Source: a virus
Taxonomy: Duplodnaviria > Caudoviricetes
DNA: 54,067 bases
Virus record (IMG/VR): IMGVR_UViG_3300032087_000618
Span: 1 to 54,067 of that record
Reading direction: 5' to 3' (one strand)
The translations under genes and the position numbers were made by a program. This document shows, one piece after another, positions 19,175-28,105 of the stretch (position 1 is the first letter of the stretch; every line of letters starts with the position of its first letter). Under the pieces are notes generated by a model. It ran no database searches. It was not told the origin of the DNA and was given only the letters and a program-made list of their open reading frames with translations.

Positions 19175-19200
19175 TAGCCCCTGAAAGGATCCAAGGGCTA
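19175..19200 (-). terminator. stem-loop after the first early gene (weak terminator or processing site)
   Basis: Minus strand TAGCCCTTG...CAGGGGCTA followed by TTATAGTT. Confidence 0.5.
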
Positions 19201-19205
19201 CGAAC

Positions 19206-19484
19206 TTACAACATAGATGATACAATGTGACCAGCTAAGGATACGATGAACAGTATCGACAAAGCAAGAAACACGTGACACTTTACCCGAGCACGCCTGT
19301 ACCTTGACACATCTTCGGAGTATTGAAGGTCAAGTAACTTCGAGATTGGAGTAGCACCTCGACGTTTAGGCTTGAGATAATTAGAAAGAATCTCGAGAAT
19401 ACCAAACACGGCAACAGACCCAATGATGCCGAGAGCTGAGGCAGTTAATAAGATGCCCCACGGGTCAGATAATAGATGTTCCAT
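19206..19484 (-). CDS. small two-TM membrane protein, first early gene
   Basis: Two hydrophobic segments separated by a basic loop; GGAG RBS. Confidence 0.7.
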   Translation of the reverse strand: MEHLLSDPWGILLTASALGIIGSVAVFGILEILSNYLKPKRRGATPISKLLDLQYSEDVSRYRRARVKCHVFLALSILFIVSLAGHIVSSML

Positions 19485-19651
19485 AACAGTGCTCCATGCC
19501 CCCTAAGGGACTCTAATAAGTATGTGTACCCGCAGACTACTTCCGGATTCGAAAGGGTCTTACGGGCTCTCAGGGAGACCTAAGGCTAGTATGCCCTCGG
19601 TGCCCCTAGGACCCCCCGCTCTACCAGATATCTGGGAGATCTCTAGGGAAT

Positions 19652-19673
19652 CCCATAAGGATCCGAAGGAGCC
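19652..19673 (-). promoter_or_regulatory. second candidate hairpin promoter
   Basis: GGATCC-GAA-GGAGCC (one mismatch). Same CCGAAGG core and same CC spacing as 19120-19141; upstream of the first early gene. Confidence 0.4.
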
Positions 19674-19795
19674 TCCATCTACAGGGTGCCACACAGGAAC
19701 CTCGGGGGATCTCTGAGGGGGGTATGGATTGTATATAGGGTACTGTATATCTGGGGGGTTATACTATGTACTCCCTAAAGACCCATTAGTCACCA

Positions 19796-19817
19796 TTATA
19801 GTACCTTATAGAGAGAG
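19796..19817 (+). promoter_or_regulatory. putative phage RNAP (late) promoter TTATAGTACCTTATA/GAGAGAG
   Basis: 21 of 22 bases identical to 10634-10655(-); points into terL and the virion operon. Confidence 0.75.
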
Positions 19818-20132
19818 AGTATACGTAGGAAACACTTTAGCAGGTGTAAGCTTACCCGACAGTAGCTTATGAGCTCCTTTATGGAGTTAGATTGGTATCC
19901 TTAAGGTACCCACAAGATATGGTAGCTTAAGGTACGAGGGGGCCTTAAGACTTTAGGGACCCTTGAGGTCCTTATCGACAATACAGATATCTATGTGTAG
20001 AGGTATTAGCCCCTCCCCCTAAGGGGCTATGGGGATCCTCGACACGGTAGGAACCCTTAGAGGTAATACTATAGATTATATTCCTATGGTACTACTCTCT
20101 CTGGTAAACTTTAAGGTCTGGGAGGACTACAA

Positions 20133-21770
20133 ATGGATAACAAGAGGAAGCTAGCGTTAGCTAAAGAAGCCCAAAGGCGTAAGAAGCTGACGGAGTACCA
20201 AGAGAACTTTGAGCTATTCTCTAAAGATCAGATTAAGATATTGACTAAAGATAGCTCTAAGGGTTTTGTACCCTTCGAGTTCAATGATGCTCAGAAGATA
20301 GTTAATAAAAAGATTAATAAGCAACTTGAGGAAACAGGCCGTGTCAGGGCCATAGTCCTTAAGGGCAGACAGATGGGACTATCGACCTTTGCGACTGCAA
20401 GGGTTTTCTGGAAGTCCTACTTCAATGCGTACAATAAATCAGTTGTTATGGCCCATGACTCAGCCACATCTGATGCACTCTTCACTATGTCAAGGAATAC
20501 TATTTCTAACATGCCCGAAGAGTTTAGACCAGTGTTTAAGAAGTCTAATGCCAAAGAGATTCTATTCGATCACAATGATTCCGGATACAGACTCTACACG
20601 GCAGGATCCCCTGAAGCTGGTCGAGGTACTACTCCAACCATTGCACACCTATCTGAGGTGGCATTCTGGACCCATGATGAAAAGATCCTTGCAGGTCTCT
20701 TTCAGGGTATATCAGAAGCAGATGGTACGGAAGTAATACTTGAGTCTACCGCTAATGGCGTTGGTAACGAGTTCCATAGATTATGGAAAGGTGCAGTAAA
20801 TGGAGAGAATGACTACCTCCCTATATTTGTACCGTGGTTCTTGATGCCGGAATATAGACGAACAGTCTTAGAACCCGAAGCATTCTCAGAGACCCTCACA
20901 GAAGATGAAGTTAAGATACAAGAACAATATGATCTTGACTTAGAACAAATCTACTGGAGAAGGCTCAAGATAGCAGAAGGTGGCCTTAGTAAGTTCCGAC
21001 AAGAATACCCATTGAGCCCTGAGGAAGCCTTTCAGACTTCTGGTGCCAATGTGTTTAATGTGGAAAAACTACAATCCCTAGTACCTTCAGCGGTACTTAA
21101 AAGACAAATATTCTCCCATGATTCCTCTACTTTTGAGGACTTTAGTGAGGGAGACTTAGAGATCTTTAAGTATCCTAAGTTCGATGAGAACTTTGTAATA
21201 GGTGCTGACTGTGCTTTAGGAGTTGGACAAGACTCCTCTGCATGTGTTGTTATGGACTCACATAACGAGGTTGTAGCTTTATATAGAAATAATAGAATAG
21301 ATCCTACTCAATACGGGGACCTACTATTCTATCTTGGAAGATATTACAACAATGCTTTACTAGCTGTTGAATCTAATTCCTTAGGTATAGCAACACTGAA
21401 TCGTCTCAAGCAGATGAATTATGTCAACCTATACCATCAAACCAAAGTAGCTAATGTGTCTAATGAGGAAGGCACTCGCCTTGGTTGGCGAACAACTCAA
21501 GCTACTAAACCCATGATCATAGCGCATCTTAAGAACGCAATTGAGAACGATGACGTTAACCTTGCGTCCCCGCGAATCATCCAGGAATGTATGGATTACG
21601 TGGCTGATGCGAATGGTCGTACCAATGCTATTATAGGCTCACACGATGATACTGTAATCGCTACAGCTATAGCCCTTGAGGTCCTACGTACTCACAGAGA
21701 TCGTTTAGTAAATACGAAAGTAGGATTTCAGAACCAGCAGTTCCTTGAGGATAGTACTAGCTGGCTATAG
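20133..21770 (+). CDS. terL: terminase large subunit
   Basis: LKGRQMGLST Walker A, HLSEVAFW Walker B, ESTANG coupling motif; nuclease IGAD, AVESN, HDD. Confidence 0.95.
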   Translation: MDNKRKLALAKEAQRRKKLTEYQENFELFSKDQIKILTKDSSKGFVPFEFNDAQKIVNKKINKQLEETGRVRAIVLKGRQMGLSTFATARVFWKSYFNAYNKSVVMAHDSATSDALFTMSRNTISNMPEEFRPVFKKSNAKEILFDHNDSGYRLYTAGSPEAGRGTTPTIAHLSEVAFWTHDEKILAGLFQGISEADGTEVILESTANGVGNEFHRLWKGAVNGENDYLPIFVPWFLMPEYRRTVLEPEAFSETLTEDEVKIQEQYDLDLEQIYWRRLKIAEGGLSKFRQEYPLSPEEAFQTSGANVFNVEKLQSLVPSAVLKRQIFSHDSSTFEDFSEGDLEIFKYPKFDENFVIGADCALGVGQDSSACVVMDSHNEVVALYRNNRIDPTQYGDLLFYLGRYYNNALLAVESNSLGIATLNRLKQMNYVNLYHQTKVANVSNEEGTRLGWRTTQATKPMIIAHLKNAIENDDVNLASPRIIQECMDYVADANGRTNAIIGSHDDTVIATAIALEVLRTHRDRLVNTKVGFQNQQFLEDSTSWL

Positions 21771-21915
21771 GCTGGAAAAGTTTCCCCATTAGTCCTCCAG
21801 CTAACGTTGTGGTTTTCGGTGACATTCACGTTTCGGGAAAGAATAGAATAGGAACCCTATTTAATTTAATGATTGAATGATGGATTGTGTTAATCCAATA
21901 CAGAGGAACTTTAAA

Positions 21916-24132
21916 ATGCAAGAACCCGATGGATACATGGAAGCAGTAACTGATGAGGAATTGATGAACATCATTCACTCTGAAGTAGCTAACTCTCAAG
22001 GTAATTTCCTTGATAGCTCTGAGTTATCAGATGAGCGCGAGAAAGCTACATTCGAATATGCGATGCAGCCCCGAGGACACTTAGCTCCCCAAGGTGTATC
22101 AAAGATCGTGTCCTCGGACACCGTAGAGGCTATTGAGGGGTACTCAGCTGTACTTTCCGAGCTACTACTAAATAATAAAAAATTAGCAAAATTTATACCA
22201 TACTCTAATACTGCAAAAGGTGTACACGAAGCTCGAGTAGCTTCTGACGTTGTAAACTACTGCCTGTTCAAAAAGAACAAAGGCTGGGACCTTATCAACA
22301 CTTGGATGAAGTCAGCACTTCTTTGGAAGAATGCTGCAGTAGTCTGGGAGTACGTAGAGGATTACGACTGTACCTTTGAAGAGTATGAAGAGATCACACC
22401 CGAAGCTTTGGATGTATTACTAGCCGATAACGAAGTGGAAGTAGTAGGTGATCTATTTGTAAATGGGGTAGGTGTGTACGAAGATGTACGTATCAAGCGT
22501 ACCCATAATAAAAGTGGCATAAAGATCCGTAACATTGAACCGGAGTCTTTTATAATAAGCCAAGGTGCGTCTTCTATCCACGAAGCATCCTTCGTAGGTA
22601 TTAGAACAGAAATGACCCGATCAGAGATCCGTAAACAGTATCCTGATCATGCAATGAACATTGATTGGGACAACACAGCTCACGACAGCTATACGTTTGC
22701 CCAAGCTATTAATAATGAAAAAGCTGCCCGAAGGTCTGCTGTAGGACTGAGTAATATTAACTTTAACCCAGTTCAAGCATCAGAAGCAAACCAACTAGCT
22801 ACTGTCTTAGAGTGCTGGATGAGTGTTGACCGGGATGGCGATGGTATCGCAGAGCTTAAAAGATTTATCACAGTCGGAGATCATGTGCTCTTTGAAGAAG
22901 ATGTTGACTGTGTTCAAATCGCAGAACTTAAGGCTTTTGATATCCCACACGAGTGGGCTGGTCTATCTATGGCAGATATGACTCGACCTGCTACTCTGGC
23001 ATCTACAGCTATACTGCGTGGTTTTGTTGAGAATACTTACTTAACTAACTACTCCCCTAAGTTAGCTGATCCAAATGTGGTAGACTTTTCTGCATTGCAA
23101 AATATGAAGCCAAAACAAATTGTACCTACCAACGGAAACCCAGCAATGGCTATTAAGAACATGCCACCTGAGTCTCTGTCTACAGGTACAGTGCCTCTGC
23201 TTGAGTTCTTGCAGAAGCACAAAGAACAAGCCAATGGACTGTCAAAAGCAGCCCAAGGTCTTAATGATACTCTCTATGTGTCTGGGAACTCAGAACAGAA
23301 AGTATCTTCTGTGCAATCAGCAGCACAAACTCGCATTCAACATATCGCCCGAAGATTCATGGAAACCGGCTTAGCTGAACTCTGTGAAGGTGTGTATAAG
23401 ACGATGAAGATGGAAATGCGAACACAATCAGTTGGTTACTATGATCGTAATAACTTCTACAGTACAGTTGACATGAAAGATCTTCCAGATGAGATGATGT
23501 TACAAGTCGAGGCTGACGTAGGTGATGCAAGTAACAAAACTGTGTTAGGTAAAATGGCAATGATCGGAGACAAGGTATTACCTGCTCTAATGAAAGCAGG
23601 ATATCAGGGAGCAATAGATCCCACAGCTCCAGCATCAATTGCCTATAGAACCATTGAGGCATTAGGTGAAGATCCCTTAGACTACTTAGTAGACTACACT
23701 TCCGAAGAGTATAAGAAAACTTCAATGGAAGCCAAGAAGAAGCAAATGGCGCAAACTGAAAAGGCTAAAGAAGTAGCTGATCGAACTCAGCAGGCTAAGC
23801 TAGCTTTAGACCAAGCAAACGTAGATTATACGAATGTTCAGTCTCAGAACGCAATACAAGATAACCTTAAACAACTTGTAGTTGCTTTGGATAAATCATA
23901 TCAAGAATGGGCTAAGTTAAGTGTAACAGCACAAAAAGAAGGACTTGAAGTTCCACAACAACCTGATGTACAGGAAATGTACAAGATGGCTACGGAACTT
24001 GTTAATCAAACTATGACCCAGCCTAATGGAGGAAAACCTTCTACACCATCTCCGGAACAAGCTCAAAACCAACAGCTTACCCCAGAGATGATCCAAGGAT
24101 TCCTAAACCAGACAGGTGGAGGTATGATGTAA
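21916..24132 (+). CDS. portal protein (P22-like)
   Basis: Position after terL, size, DRDGDGIAEL segment, C-terminal helical barrel. Start moved to ATG 21916 after GAGG. Confidence 0.88.
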   Translation: MQEPDGYMEAVTDEELMNIIHSEVANSQGNFLDSSELSDEREKATFEYAMQPRGHLAPQGVSKIVSSDTVEAIEGYSAVLSELLLNNKKLAKFIPYSNTAKGVHEARVASDVVNYCLFKKNKGWDLINTWMKSALLWKNAAVVWEYVEDYDCTFEEYEEITPEALDVLLADNEVEVVGDLFVNGVGVYEDVRIKRTHNKSGIKIRNIEPESFIISQGASSIHEASFVGIRTEMTRSEIRKQYPDHAMNIDWDNTAHDSYTFAQAINNEKAARRSAVGLSNINFNPVQASEANQLATVLECWMSVDRDGDGIAELKRFITVGDHVLFEEDVDCVQIAELKAFDIPHEWAGLSMADMTRPATLASTAILRGFVENTYLTNYSPKLADPNVVDFSALQNMKPKQIVPTNGNPAMAIKNMPPESLSTGTVPLLEFLQKHKEQANGLSKAAQGLNDTLYVSGNSEQKVSSVQSAAQTRIQHIARRFMETGLAELCEGVYKTMKMEMRTQSVGYYDRNNFYSTVDMKDLPDEMMLQVEADVGDASNKTVLGKMAMIGDKVLPALMKAGYQGAIDPTAPASIAYRTIEALGEDPLDYLVDYTSEEYKKTSMEAKKKQMAQTEKAKEVADRTQQAKLALDQANVDYTNVQSQNAIQDNLKQLVVALDKSYQEWAKLSVTAQKEGLEVPQQPDVQEMYKMATELVNQTMTQPNGGKPSTPSPEQAQNQQLTPEMIQGFLNQTGGGMM

Positions 24133-24151
24133 GGGGGTGATCCCATCTAAT

Positions 24152-24174
24152 GAGGGGCCCACTACGGGCCCTTC
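24152..24174 (+). other. stem-loop after portal
   Basis: GAGGGGCCC-ACTAC-GGGCCCTTC with no U-tract. Confidence 0.45.
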
Positions 24175-24203
24175 AACTTACGACACTAACCAGAGGAGAT
24201 ATA

Positions 24204-24557
24204 GTGGATAAGTATAAAAGCGGGGCTAAACGAAAGTTTAAACCCAAAATGGACCAACAAACCGGAGAGTACAAAGCTAATCCCTTTGGAGACTCCCAAA
24301 AAGCACTAACTACAGCAATGTTTGCTAAGAAAGAGAGAGATGAGTTCTTTACTGAAGCTTACTCTGATATCTTAGTAGATTTGTTTAGTCAGTGGTTAAT
24401 GACAGAACCTCATTGCTTAAAAGAACGTGAGTACTTATACCACGTAGCTATGGGCTTAGGGTCTGTTAAAGAACGTCTAATTAACGTAGAAACATTTGGG
24501 TTTAACCAAGAGTTAATAGACCATAATAAATCTCAAGAAGGAGATATAGATGGATAG
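24204..24557 (+). CDS. hypothetical head-region protein
   Basis: GTG start after AGGAG. Confidence 0.75.
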   Translation: MDKYKSGAKRKFKPKMDQQTGEYKANPFGDSQKALTTAMFAKKERDEFFTEAYSDILVDLFSQWLMTEPHCLKEREYLYHVAMGLGSVKERLINVETFGFNQELIDHNKSQEGDIDG

Positions 24558-24753
24558 TGCAATACTAGATAAAGCTATCACTGCTACAGAAAATACAGTG
24601 ACTGCTATGATTAAAGAACTAGCTGCAGGTCCGGGTAAAGCCCGTTACCATGCAGAAACTTTCGTACATGCGTGTAATGCTTTAGATAGACTGAAGACGC
24701 TAAAGAAAGATACCCGAGCCCCTAAGAAGAAGGCGGCTGATAAACAGGACTAA
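24550..24753 (+). CDS. hypothetical protein
   Basis: AAGGAG RBS; overlaps the upstream ORF. Confidence 0.7.
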   Translation: MDSAILDKAITATENTVTAMIKELAAGPGKARYHAETFVHACNALDRLKTLKKDTRAPKKKAADKQD

Positions 24754-24769
24754 AATAGGATAACAAATT

Positions 24770-25882
24770 ATGAGCAATGAAAACACTACAGCCTCTACCC
24801 AATCGGATGACGCTGGTTTTTACGCTGGTCAAGATGGTCAATCTATCGATGACATTCCAGTACCTTTGGGACCAATGGGCAAGTTACTTGGCATTGAAGC
24901 TGAAGGGGAATCTCTACCAAATGATGATGAATCTGATCTTGACCCGGAAGATTCTGTGGAAGAAGAAGATGTGCCCGAAATTGAAGACGCCACAGATGAA
25001 GACGATACCGATGATTATGAGGAAGACGCTGAAGACGATGAAGAGTATGAGGATGATGACGATGAGGATTCTACCCAAGATGACGATTTACCGGATGAAG
25101 AGGAAGTAGACTGGGACTATAAAGTACCCGTCAAGATTGATGGAGAAACAGAATATGTATCTTTGTCAGAACTTCGTAAAGGTTTTGCTACTGATCAACA
25201 CTTGTCTAAGAAGGGTAGAGAAGTTAGTGAGCTTGAAAAAGAATTAAAAGAGGAATACTCCGAAAAGACTAATCAAGCTATAGAACTAGGTAGTGTGTTA
25301 GCTATGCAACTCCAACAAGAAGAGGATGCGCTAGCTAAGAACTACCATGACTTAGAAGCTAAAATTGAGAAAGCTCGTGAAGATGGTGACAACTATGAGC
25401 TCAATGATCTCAAGGATAAACGTGAGACTGCCCAAAAGAAATATTGGGCTGCACGTAACAAACGTGAGACTGTACTTTCAACCTTGCAAGAAAAACAGCA
25501 AGAACAGTTCCAAGCACAAGTAGACGAACTGATGGAAAAGTTTGAGGAAGATATTAAAGTTATCTTACCAGACTTTGACGCAGAAGCTGTACGGCAGTTT
25601 GCATTGGATGAGGGTGTGCCTCAAGAGTTCCTTGATATCATTATGGATGCTAACGTTGTTAAGTTTGTAGATGATTATCGAAGACTTAAGCAGAAAACCA
25701 CAAAAGGATCTGCTAAACGTAAGACAGCACGAAAAGCAAAGGGTGTCCCAACTAAACGTAAAACTACAGCTTCCCAGCGGAAAGCACGAGATCAAGCCGC
25801 ATTACGACAAAAGGTTTTATCTGGTGAATCTTCGGAGGAAGGTGAATTAGAGTTTCTAAAGTCATTAAGTAAGTTCCGCTAA
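24770..25882 (+). CDS. capsid scaffolding protein
   Basis: Very acidic N-half, VKIDGETEYVSLSELRKG, coiled coil, basic C-terminus; directly before the capsid gene. Confidence 0.85.
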   Translation: MSNENTTASTQSDDAGFYAGQDGQSIDDIPVPLGPMGKLLGIEAEGESLPNDDESDLDPEDSVEEEDVPEIEDATDEDDTDDYEEDAEDDEEYEDDDDEDSTQDDDLPDEEEVDWDYKVPVKIDGETEYVSLSELRKGFATDQHLSKKGREVSELEKELKEEYSEKTNQAIELGSVLAMQLQQEEDALAKNYHDLEAKIEKAREDGDNYELNDLKDKRETAQKKYWAARNKRETVLSTLQEKQQEQFQAQVDELMEKFEEDIKVILPDFDAEAVRQFALDEGVPQEFLDIIMDANVVKFVDDYRRLKQKTTKGSAKRKTARKAKGVPTKRKTTASQRKARDQAALRQKVLSGESSEEGELEFLKSLSKFR

Positions 25883-25921
25883 TTATAGATTCAATCAAAT
25901 TATAATATAAGGAAATTAAAA

Positions 25922-26953
25922 ATGGCTGCAACAATTTTTGTAACTACTGGTACTCTTTCTGAGAAGGAAGATCTGGCGAACTTTATCTCCATGATCTCTC
26001 GTGAAGAGACTCCATTCTTGTCATCTATTGGCAAAACCACAGCTAAGGCTATCTATCACGAGTGGCAAACTGATGAGCTAGTAGCTCCCGGTTCTGGTGC
26101 TGTTGCTGAAGGTTCTACCTTTGCAACTGTAGCTGCTGCACAAGCTGCTGGCGGTGACCGTACTCGTCTTGGTAACTACACTCAGATCAACTCTAAAACT
26201 GTACAGGTCTCTGGATCTAAGCGTGCTGTTGATCAGGCTGGCGTTGCTGACGAATATGCATACCAGCTGAAGAAGCGTGGTACTGAGCTTCGTCGTGACC
26301 TCGAGCACGATGCTATCCACAGCTTCCACAGCAAGAACGGTTCTGGAACTCGTACTATGGGTGGCTATCAGGCTTACTGTAACGATGCCTCTCTCGTAGT
26401 AAACGGTGGTGAAACTGGTGCTTACACTGCTCCAGGTACTACTGGCGTAGGTACTGCTGGTACTATTAACCGTGGTGCTTCAGATGCTAACCTTAACGAC
26501 ATTGAGCTAAGCCAAGTTGATGACGTTATGCAAGCTATCTACGAAGCTGGCGGTAAAGCATCTACTTTGATGACTTCACCTCTAAACAAGCGTACCTTGT
26601 CTTCTAAAGCTCACGCTACTGGAAACAACACTGTACGTAACGTAGACGACACCGGTAAGATCCGTCAGAGCATTGAGTTGTTCGACAGTGACTTCGGTGA
26701 GATCCGCATTGTACCTAACTACATTATGGGTCTTGCACACAACACTGGAGCAGACGCTACTACTAACTCTGCTAACTACTGTGCGCTAGTATATGATCCC
26801 TCGTTCTTCAAGGTTGCTACTCTGCGTCCTCTTCAGGAAACTGAAGTTGGTCAGCAAGGCGATAGCACTATTGGACAGATCGTGGAAGAGTGTACTCTTG
26901 CAGTAACCAACCCTAAAGGTTGTGGCATGATCGTAGGTCTAGGCGGTAGCTAA
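25922..26953 (+). CDS. major capsid protein (DUF5309/SU10-type HK97 fold)
   Basis: EDL...I...ETPF, HEWQTDEL, NYTQI, ELRRDLE, SDFG; strong codon bias; terminator downstream. Confidence 0.92.
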   Translation: MAATIFVTTGTLSEKEDLANFISMISREETPFLSSIGKTTAKAIYHEWQTDELVAPGSGAVAEGSTFATVAAAQAAGGDRTRLGNYTQINSKTVQVSGSKRAVDQAGVADEYAYQLKKRGTELRRDLEHDAIHSFHSKNGSGTRTMGGYQAYCNDASLVVNGGETGAYTAPGTTGVGTAGTINRGASDANLNDIELSQVDDVMQAIYEAGGKASTLMTSPLNKRTLSSKAHATGNNTVRNVDDTGKIRQSIELFDSDFGEIRIVPNYIMGLAHNTGADATTNSANYCALVYDPSFFKVATLRPLQETEVGQQGDSTIGQIVEECTLAVTNPKGCGMIVGLGGS

Positions 26954-26960
26954 GACTATT

Positions 26961-26989
26961 GGGGTCCCTTAGTGGGGCCCCTTCTTTTT
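26961..26989 (+). terminator. intrinsic terminator after the capsid gene
   Basis: GGGGTCCC-TTAGT-GGGGCCCC-TTCTTTTT. Confidence 0.85.
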
Positions 26990-27005
26990 ACCTGTTGGAG
27001 GGAAA

Positions 27006-27314
27006 ATGGATAATAAATTAATGAAGGCTAATGCTTCTGAGAAGAAGTTTCAAGTCCATCAAGATGTAACTGAGTATTTAAACTATGCTAAAGAATCACG
27101 TGATAAGCAAGCCCTAAGGGGCGATGCATCTCACTATAGGTCTTTTGCAATTATACCCGATGTTGTTGCACTTGAGATATTAACTAAACATGGTTTAAAC
27201 TTACATGAATCAGAGTTTATGAGCAACAAGGAAGACGTTGCTAAATTAAAAAGAATTATAAAATCAGAGTACCCGAATCTCTTAACATCTAATGTAACTA
27301 GAGGTCGTGGTTAA
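27006..27314 (+). CDS. hypothetical virion-region protein
   Basis: GGAGG RBS; FAIIPDVVA. Confidence 0.75.
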   Translation: MDNKLMKANASEKKFQVHQDVTEYLNYAKESRDKQALRGDASHYRSFAIIPDVVALEILTKHGLNLHESEFMSNKEDVAKLKRIIKSEYPNLLTSNVTRGRG

Positions 27315-27331
27315 AACAAAGGAGACAATAC

Positions 27332-28093
27332 ATGTCAACTCCATTATACGATGCCTTAGTTACTAAAGTGAGATCATGGGTTAACCGGGATTCTAATATA
27401 TTAACAGATTCTCTCGTAGCTGATTTCTTAGATTATTCAGCAGACTTGTGCTATAGAAAGCTAAGAGTACCCCCATTAGAGTATACTTACACATACTCAG
27501 CTGTTGATAGCAATGGCGTAGGGGAAACTAGTTTAACTCTTCCTACAGATTTATCAGAAATCATACAGATTAGAAAAATAGATTCTGAAGGTAACAGTTA
27601 TGTATTTGACGAAAAGTTATCCCTGCTGTCTATGCAAGATGATGACTATACCCACCTTCAAGAGTCCTATGCCCGTAAAGGCCCTGCAGTAATCTTTTAC
27701 CCCGCTGCTAAGCTAGGTGATGTGTACGAAATACACTACTATAGAAGGCTTACTGACTTAGACGCTAGGTACCTAGTTAACCAAGCTAACATAGACGCAG
27801 GGTTAGCAACAGCTTCTACTATTGATGCTGAAGGTGCTGTAGAGTTCCCTGCATCAAGTGGTAACTATTATGTAGGAGCAGAGGTACCTAACTGGCTTAG
27901 AGATAGCAATGAAAGAGTTTTGCTATGGGGTGCTATAGGTCATGCATTTGATTACGTTGGTGAAGATGAGAGATCAGCTAAGTACGTTGCTCAGCAACTA
28001 CAAGGTATACAAGAATTAAATCAGGAAGAAATTCAAAGAAAAGCAAGAGGTGGGTCTCACATACAGACTTACTCTAATACTGCTCAACTTTAA
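27332..28093 (+). CDS. head-tail adaptor / tail tubular protein A-like
   Basis: Position and size; NWL...LLWGA segment. Confidence 0.65.
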   Translation: MSTPLYDALVTKVRSWVNRDSNILTDSLVADFLDYSADLCYRKLRVPPLEYTYTYSAVDSNGVGETSLTLPTDLSEIIQIRKIDSEGNSYVFDEKLSLLSMQDDDYTHLQESYARKGPAVIFYPAAKLGDVYEIHYYRRLTDLDARYLVNQANIDAGLATASTIDAEGAVEFPASSGNYYVGAEVPNWLRDSNERVLLWGAIGHAFDYVGEDERSAKYVAQQLQGIQELNQEEIQRKARGGSHIQTYSNTAQL

Positions 28094-28105
28094 GGAGATA
28101 AGATA

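Larger units (their letters stand above)
19490..20125. other. divergent control region, likely containing the physical genome termini
   Basis: Largest non-coding gap and the strand switch point. Dense short palindromes and CCTAAGG/CTTAAG-like motifs, reminiscent of the short repeats flanking T7 termini. Confidence 0.55.

Noticed and set aside
19522-19716. 64-aa plus ORF in the control region
   Set aside because: No RBS; palindrome-rich sequence upstream of the late promoter
21770-21840. HDV/theta-like ribozyme
   Set aside because: P1/P2-like pairings exist, but there is no P3/L3 or P1.1 of the required size
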